A DNA stretch of 64,000 nucleotides, from the NCBI GenBank assembly GCA_047601445.1, contig JASGJH010000001.1, positions 1,984,001 through 2,048,000 of the forward strand, given 5' to 3'. The notes under the pieces were generated by a model. It saw only the letters and a program-made list of their open reading frames with translations. It ran no database searches and had not been told where the DNA came from. A program made the translations under genes and the position numbers. Source of the stretch: Myxococcales bacterium. GTDB taxonomy: Bacteria; Myxococcota_A; Polyangia; Polyangiales; DASUME01. This document shows, piece after piece, positions 10,050-21,230 of the stretch (positions are counted from its first letter, which is position 1; every line of letters starts with the position of its first letter).

Positions 10050-10850
10050 CTACTCCACCAGGTCCTTCACACGCCGCTTCAAGAGCTCCACGCCATCGCG
10101 CAGCTGTCGCTCCACGCGCTCGAGCGGCATCAAAATATTGCTGCGTACCACTTCGTGCGGTCGGGCTCGGAACTTGGTGGACCAGACCTCGCCATTCCAT
10201 CCCTGCGGCGGCTCCTGCGTGTAGTAGTAAGCCGCGAACGAGCGGCGGTTCACGTCGGCAGGACAGACCACGGGCTGGACGCCGTGATAGCTGGTGTTCG
10301 TGGTCTCGAAGATCAAGCACTGGTTGAGCAGCGGCAGAAACGCGTGCTGGCATTGCTTGACATCGGGGTCCCATAACTCGATCTGCCCGCCCCAGGCTTC
10401 CTGCCACTCGGGGTTCAAGTAGACGAGGATATTGAGCCGTCGGTGGAGCTTGCTCTCCACGGTGTAGTTGAAGTCCACGTGCACATCGAGACGCCCTCCG
10501 GCCCCCGTCACGTGCATGCCGCCGCCATCGAAGGTGGGGTCCGCCACCAACCGAGGAATACCGGTGATGACCTCGAGTGCGCCGAGAAATTCGGGTCCGC
10601 TCAGCACGTCTGCCAGGCGCTTGACGGGCACGGGGAAGCGGCCGCTGTCGGTGATTTGCACCTTGCGGCGCTCGTTCACGCCCGAGAACTCGCGCCCCTG
10701 GGCACGACTGTCATCGAACGTCGGGTACGCGCGCGCGACCTCGCGCACGAAGTCGTCGCGAAGGAAGGGACTCAGCCGGATCCAACGAAACGGGCGCGCC
10801 GCGTTGAACTCAGCGCGAAGCCTATCGACATCGAGTGGGAGCAGTTCCAT
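10050..10850 (-). CDS. 2OG-Fe(II) oxygenase (prolyl-hydroxylase-like)
   Basis: HxD (LDVHVDFN), distal His (TSYHGV), RxS (RRSFA) and WGGQIELW. Confidence 0.88.
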   Translation of the reverse strand: MELLPLDVDRLRAEFNAARPFRWIRLSPFLRDDFVREVARAYPTFDDSRAQGREFSGVNERRKVQITDSGRFPVPVKRLADVLSGPEFLGALEVITGIPRLVADPTFDGGGMHVTGAGGRLDVHVDFNYTVESKLHRRLNILVYLNPEWQEAWGGQIELWDPDVKQCQHAFLPLLNQCLIFETTNTSYHGVQPVVCPADVNRRSFAAYYYTQEPPQGWNGEVWSTKFRARPHEVVRSNILMPLERVERQLRDGVELLKRRVKDLVE

Positions 10851-11053
10851 GACGCGTTTGCCTCTTGCACGTGAGAACGCCGACCACGAGATCGCGCCGA
10901 ACGACCGCGAGCCTTGCGTCGAGAGATGAGCTCGAGGTTACTCGGCCAATGCGCGGCCTATCACGCGAAATCTGGCGTCGCTGCGCTGGCGTCGAAGTGT
11001 GCACGACGCCCACGAATCCAAGAGGGCGACGGTTCGCGCGCGCTCTCGGCGCG

Positions 11054-11902
11054 TCAGCGGCGCGTAATGGTCACCTTGTTGATGGTGATCGCCGGCTCGG
11101 GCCGCTCGCTCCCCGGGTGGGACTTCGGCGCCTGCGCGATGCGGTGGACGTTCTCCACGGGCGAGCACTCGCCGAAGTTCGTGTACGTGCCCATTTGCGT
11201 GAGGTGCGGCGCCGCGGCGTCGGTGATGAAGAACTGACCGCCGTTGGTGTTGGGCCCGCGATTGGCCATGCACAAAAGCCCCGCGCGATCGTGCGTGGTG
11301 CCCGGCCAGATCTCGTCTTGCAGGTTGTAACCGGTGTCGCCGGCGCCCGTGCCCATGTGGTCCCCACCCTGGATCATGAAGCCCTCGATCACGCGGTGAA
11401 ACGTGGTGCCGTCGTAGAGTGGCCGCTTGACCCAGGCCCCTTGCTTTGCGTCCCAAAACGGCCGTTCGCCGCGCGCCAAGCCCACGAAGTTGGCCACCGT
11501 CAACGGTGCCTTGTCGGCGTACAGCTTGCACTCGAGGTTGCCGAGGCTGGTCTCGATTTTGGCGTAGAGCGTGCCCTTGCCGGGGAGCCCGCGCGTGGCG
11601 TCCTCGAGCGTAAACTTCCCCCCCGCAGGATCAGGGGAGTCGGGCGTGCCTGGCCGAGCCGGCCGCGGCGGCGGCGCTGGCTGAGCGGCGGCCTCGGCGG
11701 CCTTCTGCATGCTGTCGCGGGTGCCTCGCGGCTCCGCGCTCGCGCCATCCTTGGGACGCTCGCGATAGAACCGCGGCTCCGGCGGATCGGCCTCGCACGC
11801 AACCAGCGTTGCGCCCAGACACATGCTCAACGCCAGAGAACCCAGCGCGCGTCGCTTCTCGTTTCCTGTCTGCATACGTCTCCCCCTACCCGCCTCGATC
11901 AC
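11054..11902 (-). CDS. Cyclophilin-type peptidyl-prolyl isomerase, probable lipoprotein
   Basis: YDGTTFHRVIEGFMIQGGD and MANRGPNTNGGQFFIT; lipobox LVAC. Start may be 11875. Confidence 0.93.
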   Translation of the reverse strand: MIEAGRGRRMQTGNEKRRALGSLALSMCLGATLVACEADPPEPRFYRERPKDGASAEPRGTRDSMQKAAEAAAQPAPPPRPARPGTPDSPDPAGGKFTLEDATRGLPGKGTLYAKIETSLGNLECKLYADKAPLTVANFVGLARGERPFWDAKQGAWVKRPLYDGTTFHRVIEGFMIQGGDHMGTGAGDTGYNLQDEIWPGTTHDRAGLLCMANRGPNTNGGQFFITDAAAPHLTQMGTYTNFGECSPVENVHRIAQAPKSHPGSERPEPAITINKVTITRR

Positions 11903-12462
11903 GGTCTCTCACCTGGCGCAATGAAGCGCAGCTTGTCCCCCGCGCCAAAGCCTTGTCGCTTCGCAAAGCCTGCATTCACCTCGAGCACGTACTGGGACAT
12001 CCCGGCCACCTCGCGGGGGCTCTCGGTGAGCGGCTCGGCGTTCTCCACCACGCCAACCACGGTCCAGTCCGAGTCGATGAAGAACATGTCGAGCGGCAGC
12101 AACGTGTTGCGCATCCAGAAGCTGTTGTGACGCTCCGTTGGAAAGATGAACAACATGCCTTCGAGTTCGCCCATCTGCTCGCGGAACATCAAGCCCATCT
12201 GGCGCTGCTGGTCCGTGGCCGCGACCTCCACCTTCACCGTCAAGGGTGCGCGCGGGGCCGCCCGCTCGAACTCCACGTACCCCGTGGGCAAGGTGGGCTG
12301 AGGATCGCCCGCCGGTCGGGGCCGGGCCTGGACGGCCTCCTTGGCTGCATCCGCCTGGACCACGGGTGCGCTTCCGCCGCTCGTCCCGGCGCCGTTGCAA
12401 GCTGCCCCGCCGACACCCCCCAGTAACGCCACGACCAGCCACAGCGTCCGCGCTTCGATCAT
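11899..12462 (-). CDS. DUF192 family protein, probable lipoprotein
   Basis: VEVAAT..RQMGLMFR..GMLFIF..SFWMRNTLLPLDMFFI..YVLEVNAG. Confidence 0.9.
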   Translation of the reverse strand: MIEARTLWLVVALLGGVGGAACNGAGTSGGSAPVVQADAAKEAVQARPRPAGDPQPTLPTGYVEFERAAPRAPLTVKVEVAATDQQRQMGLMFREQMGELEGMLFIFPTERHNSFWMRNTLLPLDMFFIDSDWTVVGVVENAEPLTESPREVAGMSQYVLEVNAGFAKRQGFGAGDKLRFIAPGERP

Positions 12463-12536
12463 GGCCCGCTGGCTACCATTCTCTGCCTGCTCCGTCGAGG
12501 TTTGGGCTCGAGGCGACGCTGCTATGCTAGCTCCCG

Positions 12537-14088
12537 ATGTCGGATCGAAAACCAGGGCCCGTGGGCCTCGTATCATTGCTCGGGGCAGGCCCCGGAGACC
12601 CCGAACTCATCACCGCACGCGCCTTGCGCCGCCTCGGCGAGGCGGAATCTGGTCCTGTACGACGCATTGGTTCACCCCGATCTGCTGCGACACGCAAACC
12701 CGGCGGCCGAGCTGATCTTCGTGGGCAAGCGGGCCGGACGCGCCAGCGAGCGCCAGAGCAACATCAACGCGCGCTTGATCGGTGCAGCCCAGGCCGGACG
12801 GCGTGTGGTGCGGCTCAAGGGCGGAGATCCTTACTTGTTCGGGCGCGGCTCGGAGGAGGCCGAGGCCCTGGTGGGTGCGGGGATCCCCTTCGAGGTGGTG
12901 CCGGGCGTGCCCTCGCCCATGGCCGCCGCGGCCTATGCCGGTATCTCGCTCACCCACCGGGACCTGGCCAGCAGCGTGGCTTACGTCACGGCCACCGAAT
13001 CCGAGGAGAAGGACGGCAGCGCACACGACTGGAGCAAGCTCGCCACCGCCACCCAGACCCTGGTGTTCTTCATGGGACTTAGGCGCCTCGAGAGCCTCAT
13101 GAAGCGTCTGCACGACCACGGGCGGCCCGCTACGACGCCGGTGGCGGTCGTGTCCTGCGCGTCCTTGCCCAGCCAGCGCACCGTGGTTGGCACCCTCGCG
13201 GACATCGCCGAGAAGGCCAACCAGGCCAAGCTCGAGATGCCCGCCCTCACCATCGTGGGTGACGTGGTGAGTTTGCGCGAACACCTGCGCTGGTTCGACA
13301 ATCAGCCGCTGTTCGGCAAGCGCGTATTGATCACGCGGCCGGACGGGCAGTCGAGCGGGCTCGCGCGGGCGCTACGTGAGGCGGGTGCAGATCCCGTGGA
13401 GCTCCCGAGCATCCAGATTGTGCCGCCGCGGGATCCGGCTTTGTTGGCTCAGCATCTGGGGCAGCTCGGCTCGTACCAGTGGCTCGTGGTCACCAGCGTA
13501 AACGGCGTTCGGGCCGTGTTCGACACCCTGCGCGCCCTGGGCCGCGACAGCCGCGCCCTCGGCAACTGTAAGGTCGCCGCCATCGGTCCGGCCACGCGCG
13601 ATGCGCTGGTGGCATACGGCATCCGCGCCGACGTCGTGCCCGCTGAGTACCGCGGCGAGGCGGTGGCCGAGGCGATGCTCGCGACGGGTCCCTTGCAAGG
13701 GCAGCGCGTGCTCCTGGCGCGGGCCGAGCAAGCCCGCGAGGCCTTGCCCGAGCTCTTGCGGGCCCATGGCGCCGCGCTCGACGTGGTGCCGGCCTACCGT
13801 ACCGAGCGGGCCAACTCCGAGCGCATGAATCAGATTCGGCGCCGCCTGGAGGAAGGCACCATCGACGTCGTCACCTTCACTTCCTCGTCCACCGCTGAAC
13901 AGCTGGTGGCGGGCCTCGGTCTGGACGCCTCGGCCCTGCTGGCCAAGCCGCTCCGGGCCGCCATCGGCCCCATTACGGCAGAAACCCTGGCCAACCTGGG
14001 ACTACCAGCCCACGTCGTGGCCAACGAATACACCGCCGATGGACTGCTGGCGGCCCTGACGGCCCACGCACGCGCCGATGGTCGATAG
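12537..14088 (+). CDS. cobA: Uroporphyrinogen-III C-methyltransferase / uroporphyrinogen-III synthase fusion (CobA-HemD); +1 frameshift at ~12646
   Basis: Frame from 12537 gives VSLLGAGPGDPELIT. After GCG GAAT CTG the second frame gives LVLYDAL..VRLKGGDPYLFGRGSEE, then the HemD part PLFGKRVLITRP..FTSSST..IGPITA. Confidence 0.92.
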
Positions 14089-14575
14089 TGGCGTGGCAGC
14101 CGACGTCAAAGGGCCCTTGCTCGCGCGCTTCGAGGCCGAGCGAGAGGCCGAGCTGAGCTTCGCGCGGCTGCGTCGCACCAGCGCCATCGTGCTGGCAGTC
14201 GGCTCGCTTGCGGTGCTGCTCGGCAGAGTGCCCGTCGCAGTTTTCCTCGTTGGGGCATTGGGCCTCGCACTGTCTCTTGCGTGGCTGGTCCAAGCGCGCA
14301 GATCCGCACGACGGGCCCGCGACCCCGGGGCCACCTATCTTGCCGTCCACGCGCACGGCCTCGAATGGGCCGACGGGTTCAAAGCTCCCATCTGGGTTGC
14401 CTGGAACACGGTCAGCGAACTCGACGTCGACGAGGAGCACCTCGACGTCCGGGTATCGCTCAAAGGCGCGTCACCGCTACACATCGAGCCGCGCTACCCG
14501 GGGGTTGAAATCCACGAACTCGTGCGCACGTTGAGAAACGCTTGGCAGCGCTCGGACGACTTTCCCGAAGCCTGA
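14078..14575 (+). CDS. Hypothetical membrane protein (2 TM plus small beta domain)
   Basis: Overlaps the cobA stop; two hydrophobic segments. Confidence 0.65.
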   Translation: MVDSGVAADVKGPLLARFEAEREAELSFARLRRTSAIVLAVGSLAVLLGRVPVAVFLVGALGLALSLAWLVQARRSARRARDPGATYLAVHAHGLEWADGFKAPIWVAWNTVSELDVDEEHLDVRVSLKGASPLHIEPRYPGVEIHELVRTLRNAWQRSDDFPEA

Positions 14576-14663
14576 AACGCAGCATGAGCTGTTACCAACT
14601 CGCCGTCGATGTAGACTAGGCGTCGTCGAGCGCGCACCTTCGCGCGCCACCAGGAGAGGACGT

Positions 14664-14987
14664 ATGGCGCACAAAACCGACCACGACTCCGACGTGGTCA
14701 CCGAGTCAAAGACTCGGGAAGAGGTCAAGCGTCCTCCGCTCTACAAAGTCCTCATTCATAATGACAACTACACGACGCGTGAGTTCGTGGTCGACGTTTT
14801 GAGGAACGTGTTTCACCACAATGAGACGGACGCCACGCGCATCATGCTCTACGTGCATCACCAGGGAGTCGGAGTCGCGGGCGTTTACTCGTTCGAAATA
14901 GCCGAGATGAAAGCGCGCAAGAGTGAAGAGCTCGCGCGCGAGCACGAGTTTCCGCTCAGACTCACATTGGAACCGGAGGACGATTGA
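14664..14987 (+). CDS. clpS: ATP-dependent Clp protease adaptor ClpS
   Basis: PPLYKVLIHNDNYTTREFVV..IMLYVHHQGVGVAGVY..FPLRLTLE; RBS AGGAGAGG. Confidence 0.97.
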   Translation: MAHKTDHDSDVVTESKTREEVKRPPLYKVLIHNDNYTTREFVVDVLRNVFHHNETDATRIMLYVHHQGVGVAGVYSFEIAEMKARKSEELAREHEFPLRLTLEPEDD

Positions 14988-14988
14988 C

Positions 14989-17274
<2,286 letters not shown>

Positions 17275-17283
17275 TGGGCGCAA

Positions 17284-18003
17284 ATGCCCATTCACATGCT
17301 GACGGACGAGCTTCGCTTTCCTCCGCCAGAGGGCGCCTCGGCTGAAGGCATCGTGGCCATCGGCGGAGACTTTCGTCCGGAGCGCCTACTCCTCGGATAC
17401 GCCCAGGGCATCTTCCCATGGCCGAGCGAGGGCCTGCCCTTGCTCTGGTTCTCTCCCGACCCGCGCTTCGCGTTGGAACCACAGCACGCCCACGTCCCGC
17501 GCTCGCTGCGCAAGCTCATGCGCAAGCAGCCCTTCAGCGTGCGCTTCGACACGGCGTTCAGCGCCGTGATCCGCGGCTGCGCGGCCATGCGCCGACCCGG
17601 CCAGCGCGGCACCTGGATCACGCACGAGCTGGTGGAAGGTTACGAGGCCCTGCACGCGCGCGGCTACGCCCACAGCGTGGAGGCCTGGCTGGGCGAGCGT
17701 TTGGTCGGCGGGCTCTACGGGGTCGGCCTGGGCAAAGTGTTCTTCGGCGAGTCGATGTTCTCGCTGGTGCCCGATGCCTCCAAATGCGCCTTCGCCTATT
17801 TGCTCGGACAGCTCTTGGCCTGGGACTTTCAGCTCGTGGACTGTCAGGTGCATACGGAGCACCTGGAGCGCTTCGGCGCCGAGGAGTGGCCGCGGGAGGT
17901 CTTCCTGGGGGCGCTACGCTCGGCCCTGGAAGGCGAGACCAAGCTCGGTCCATGGCGTCTGGAGCTCTCGCTCGACCAGGTGCTGGAGCTCTTGCCGGCC
18001 TGA
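17284..18003 (+). CDS. aat: Leucyl/phenylalanyl-tRNA--protein transferase
   Basis: GIFPW..LLWFSPDPR..AHSVEAW..LVGGLYGV..FFGESMFS..DCQ. Confidence 0.96.
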   Translation: MPIHMLTDELRFPPPEGASAEGIVAIGGDFRPERLLLGYAQGIFPWPSEGLPLLWFSPDPRFALEPQHAHVPRSLRKLMRKQPFSVRFDTAFSAVIRGCAAMRRPGQRGTWITHELVEGYEALHARGYAHSVEAWLGERLVGGLYGVGLGKVFFGESMFSLVPDASKCAFAYLLGQLLAWDFQLVDCQVHTEHLERFGAEEWPREVFLGALRSALEGETKLGPWRLELSLDQVLELLPA

Positions 18004-18017
18004 GCGGCCGAGTCCGC

Positions 18018-18875
18018 CTACACCGGATCGGAGCGGAAGATCACCACGCCCAGGTCCGGTCCGAGCACCTTCACGGGCAACACTCCAAAGGCATACCAAC
18101 GCCCGAACTGCATGAAGTCTCCCGTGTAGCCGCCGGGGCTCTTGGCGAGCCCGCTCTTGCGAGCCGCTCCGTCGGGGACCATGGTGTCGAGATCTGGCGG
18201 CGTGCCGAAGTGGTGCAGCTTGTCGGCCTGGTACACGTAGACCCAGAGGATGGCGCCCTTCTCGCTCACGTGGTCCAGCTGGAGCTGCTTGGTGAGTCGC
18301 TGCGAGAGCCTCCACAATGGAATGCCCGTCAGCACCGCCCCCACCACCTTGTCGTCCTTGATGGAAGGCGCTGCGAAGAGCAGGGACACGCTACCCTCCC
18401 CGCCCTCCTCGATGGCCGGAAACGTGTCCACCGCGTAGCCCGTGCTGCCTGCCAGGGCCTTGCGCACCAGCTCGAAGACCTGACCGAGGTTGACCCCCGT
18501 CATGCGGTCCCTTTCGCCCTTGGCGTCGGTGGCGAGGACCACCCCGTTCGCGTCGACCGCGGCCGTGAAGGTGCGCGCGGACGCCACGAGCTGCGGAATG
18601 CCGCGCGGCGGCTTGGTCAGCAGACGCAGAGCGGTGCGCATCTGAGTCTCACGCAGCTTGGGATCCTCGACGGCGAAGCCTGGCGCGATGCGGACTCCCG
18701 CGGCCTTCACACCCACGAGGTGATCCTGGATGTCGTCCACGACCAACCCTTTCACCTCGGCGGCGTGGGTCTCTCGGATGACCTTGCGGGCGTTGGGCGC
18801 GCCATCGGGTCCGCACGCTGCGAGCGCGAGGGACCACAAGGAGAGCGACACGATGAGAGCGGTGCGCAGCGACAT
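18018..18875 (-). CDS. Lipoprotein with Cache-like sensory domain
   Basis: Lipobox LAAC. AAVDANGVVLA..ALAG..LFAAPSIKDDKVVGAVLTGIPL resembles Cache domains. Confidence 0.6.
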   Translation of the reverse strand: MSLRTALIVSLSLWSLALAACGPDGAPNARKVIRETHAAEVKGLVVDDIQDHLVGVKAAGVRIAPGFAVEDPKLRETQMRTALRLLTKPPRGIPQLVASARTFTAAVDANGVVLATDAKGERDRMTGVNLGQVFELVRKALAGSTGYAVDTFPAIEEGGEGSVSLLFAAPSIKDDKVVGAVLTGIPLWRLSQRLTKQLQLDHVSEKGAILWVYVYQADKLHHFGTPPDLDTMVPDGAARKSGLAKSPGGYTGDFMQFGRWYAFGVLPVKVLGPDLGVVIFRSDPV

Positions 18876-18949
18876 GCTGCGTGGACACTAGCCAAGAGCT
18901 CGTGTTCCCGGCAAGTCCGCGCTGCGCCACCGGCTCGGCGAAGGCAGGC

Positions 18950-20113
18950 TCAGCGCGAGCAGAATCCTTCGTAGTCGATGTACTCTTTGATGGTGGGGTT
19001 ATCGCCGCACACGGGGCAGGTCTTGTCCCTGCGTAGCTTGAGCGTCCTGAAGCTCATCTTGAGCGAGTCGTAGGTCAACAGCCGCCCGACCAGCGGATCG
19101 CCCTGGCTGAGGATGATCTTGATGGCCTCGGTGGCCTGCACGACGCCGATGATGCCGGGCAACACGCCGAGCACGCCGGCCTCCGCGCACGAAGGCGCCA
19201 GGTGGGCAGGCGGGGGTTCGGGATACAGGCAGCGGTAGCACGGCCCCTTGTCGGCCCAGAAGGTGGTGACCTGACCATCGAAGCGGAAGATCGAGCCGTG
19301 CACGACGGGAATCTTGCGCCAGACGGTGGCGTCGTTGAGTAGGTAGCGCGTGGGGAAGTTGTCGACACCGTCGACGATCACGTCCCAGCCATGATCGAGG
19401 ATGCGGTCGATGTTGGAGCTGTTCATGCGCTCCTGGAACTTCACGACTTTCACGTCAGGGTTCAGGTTGGTCAGCGTCTTCTCGGCGCTGTCTACCTTGG
19501 GGATCCCGATGCGATCGGTGCCGTGCAGCACCTGGCGCTGTAGGTTCGAGGAGTCCACGGTGTCCGCGTCCACCAGACCGATCGTGCCCACGCCCGCGGC
19601 CGCCAGATACAGCGCGGAGGGCGACCCCAGACCGCCGGCCCCGAGCAGGAGCACGCGGCTCTTCAAGAGCTTCTCTTGTCCCTTGTCGCCGACCTCGGGC
19701 AACAGGAGGTGGCGCGAGTAGCGTTCGAGCTGCGCAGGCGTGAGCTGCGCAGGCGTCTCCACCGGATAGCCCATGTCCTTCCAGCGCACGAAACCTGGGT
19801 TGGCCGACTCCACCTGGGAGTAGCCCATCTCCGCGAGCACCTTGGACGCGAAAGCCGAGCGGACGCCGCCGGCGCAATACACGACCAGCTTGGCGTTCTT
19901 GTTGGGCAGCTTGCTCTCGGCCTGCATCTCGAGAAAGCCGCGCGGCAAGAGGACGGCACCCGGGATGAAACCGTTCTTGGTCTCGTCCTTCTCGCGCACA
20001 TCCACGAACACGTAGTCTTCCTTGGCCTCGAGTCGGCGCTTGGCTTCCTCGAGCGTGACCTGCTTGATGTGGCCCTTCACGTCCTGCAGCAGATCCGAAT
20101 AGGTCTTCGCCAT
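18950..20113 (-). CDS. moeB: Rhodanese-MoeB/ThiF adenylyltransferase
   Basis: N-terminal rhodanese (DVRE, YCAGGVRS), then RYSRH, GAGGLG, SNLQRQ, CYRC, SCAEAG and CPVC. Confidence 0.92.
   Translation of the reverse strand: MAKTYSDLLQDVKGHIKQVTLEEAKRRLEAKEDYVFVDVREKDETKNGFIPGAVLLPRGFLEMQAESKLPNKNAKLVVYCAGGVRSAFASKVLAEMGYSQVESANPGFVRWKDMGYPVETPAQLTPAQLERYSRHLLLPEVGDKGQEKLLKSRVLLLGAGGLGSPSALYLAAAGVGTIGLVDADTVDSSNLQRQVLHGTDRIGIPKVDSAEKTLTNLNPDVKVVKFQERMNSSNIDRILDHGWDVIVDGVDNFPTRYLLNDATVWRKIPVVHGSIFRFDGQVTTFWADKGPCYRCLYPEPPPAHLAPSCAEAGVLGVLPGIIGVVQATEAIKIILSQGDPLVGRLLTYDSLKMSFRTLKLRRDKTCPVCGDNPTIKEYIDYEGFCSR
19727..19756. repeat. Perfect 15-bp direct repeat x2 in the moeB inter-domain linker (TPAQL-TPAQL)
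   Basis: GAGCTGCGCAGGCGT appears twice in tandem. Confidence 0.8.
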
Positions 20114-20183
20114 GGTCTTCGAACTCCTCACACGCGCCGCTGGCGCGACCCGCCAAGCGCTCTAGGGCGCTGGCGAGGCCCGC

Positions 20184-20212
20184 AATATGGAAACCGCCAG
20201 CAGCAGCGTCAA
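20184..20212 (-). promoter_or_regulatory. Putative sigma70 promoter for moeB
   Basis: Minus strand TTGACG-N17-CATATT, ~70 bp upstream of the moeB start (RBS GAGGAG). Confidence 0.5.
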
Positions 20213-20263
20213 GCACGCTCGGCAATGGGCGGGGGCTCCATACGCGCGCGTTAACGGGCGATG

Positions 20264-20291
20264 TGCCCACGACTCACTAGCCTCGTGGGCA
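20264..20291. other. 9-bp inverted repeat downstream of the ECF gene
   Basis: TGCCCACGA-N10-TCGTGGGCA. No U-tract, so a terminator role is uncertain. Confidence 0.4.
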
Positions 20292-20373
20292 GTTGGACGC
20301 GGGCCATGCGCAGGACGTTACGAGCTGGAGACGCGAGACGCCGCTGGGACGGGGAGAGCGGCGAGGTTTCAGG

Positions 20374-20940
20374 TCAGGCGGCGGCCGTGCTGAGGGGCAT
20401 GTAGCCCTCGAGCGACGCGTAGTCCGACAGCAGTTCCTGCAGCTGCTTGCGAGCCCGGTGCAGGCGGGACATCACGGTGCCGATGGGGCAGCCTAGTTCG
20501 CTGGCCACTTCGCGGTAGCTCAGGTCCCCCAGGTCGACCAACTCCACGACCGCGCGAAACTCCGAAGGCAGCGAGGCCAGGGCCGCGCCCACTTCGTCCC
20601 CGAGGCCGTCGCGCTCGGCGGCGCGCACGACGCTGCAGGTGGTGGCTTCGCGGCGAGCTTCTTCACCCGCCAGGCGGAACAGCTCGCGCTCGCGACGCTG
20701 CTTGCGGTAGGCGTTGATGAACGTGTTGACGAGAATGCGGTGAAGCCACGCGCGGGCATTGGAGCCGGGCTCGAAGCGATCCCAGAACGTCCAGGCGCGG
20801 AGCACTGCTTCTTGAACCAAGTCATCGGCCTCATCGAGGCTACCGGTGAGACGTCGTGCGGCCTCCCGAAGAGCGGGGGCATGACGCGCCACGGCGGCGT
20901 CGAAAGAGTCGTCCTGATGCGCGGCGAGCTGGCTCTCCAT
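20374..20940 (-). CDS. ECF RNA polymerase sigma factor (SigH/SigR-like motifs)
   Basis: DEADDLVQEAVLRAW, AWLHRILVNTFIN and LSYREVASELGCPIGTVMSRLHRAR; RBS AGGAG before ATG 20940. Confidence 0.93.
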   Translation of the reverse strand: MESQLAAHQDDSFDAAVARHAPALREAARRLTGSLDEADDLVQEAVLRAWTFWDRFEPGSNARAWLHRILVNTFINAYRKQRRERELFRLAGEEARREATTCSVVRAAERDGLGDEVGAALASLPSEFRAVVELVDLGDLSYREVASELGCPIGTVMSRLHRARKQLQELLSDYASLEGYMPLSTAAA

Positions 20941-20994
20941 GCAGGCATCTCCTGTTTGCGGGGGTCCCCCCTCCGCAGTCACGAGAGGAGCTTG

Positions 20995-21010
20995 TGCAAC
21001 GGCTATGCCC
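20995..21010 (-). promoter_or_regulatory. Putative sigma54 (-24/-12) promoter of the ECF gene
   Basis: Minus strand GGGCATAGCCGTTGCA gives GG-N10-GC and closely matches TGGCACG-N4-TTGCW. Confidence 0.6.
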
Positions 21011-21230
21011 AGACCTGTAAGCCTATGATTGAACTTGGCTTTGCTCGAAGACCGCCCGACTTAGCCCGAGATCGAGAGCAGCAGCCGCCCGCGAACCATG
21101 ACATCTGCGCCATAGGGTTCGGCACAGGTGACGCCAATCCTTCACACAGCGCGCGTGGCTCGGGAATAAATGTAAAAAGATGTATTGCGACTCACACGAT
21201 CGCCCGGGTGCTTCACGTCACTGAAATCGG

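Noticed and set aside
20114..20373. Possible Moco/TPP riboswitch upstream of moeB
   Set aside because: Only generic GC hairpins seen, with no recognisable aptamer consensus. An Rfam search would settle it.
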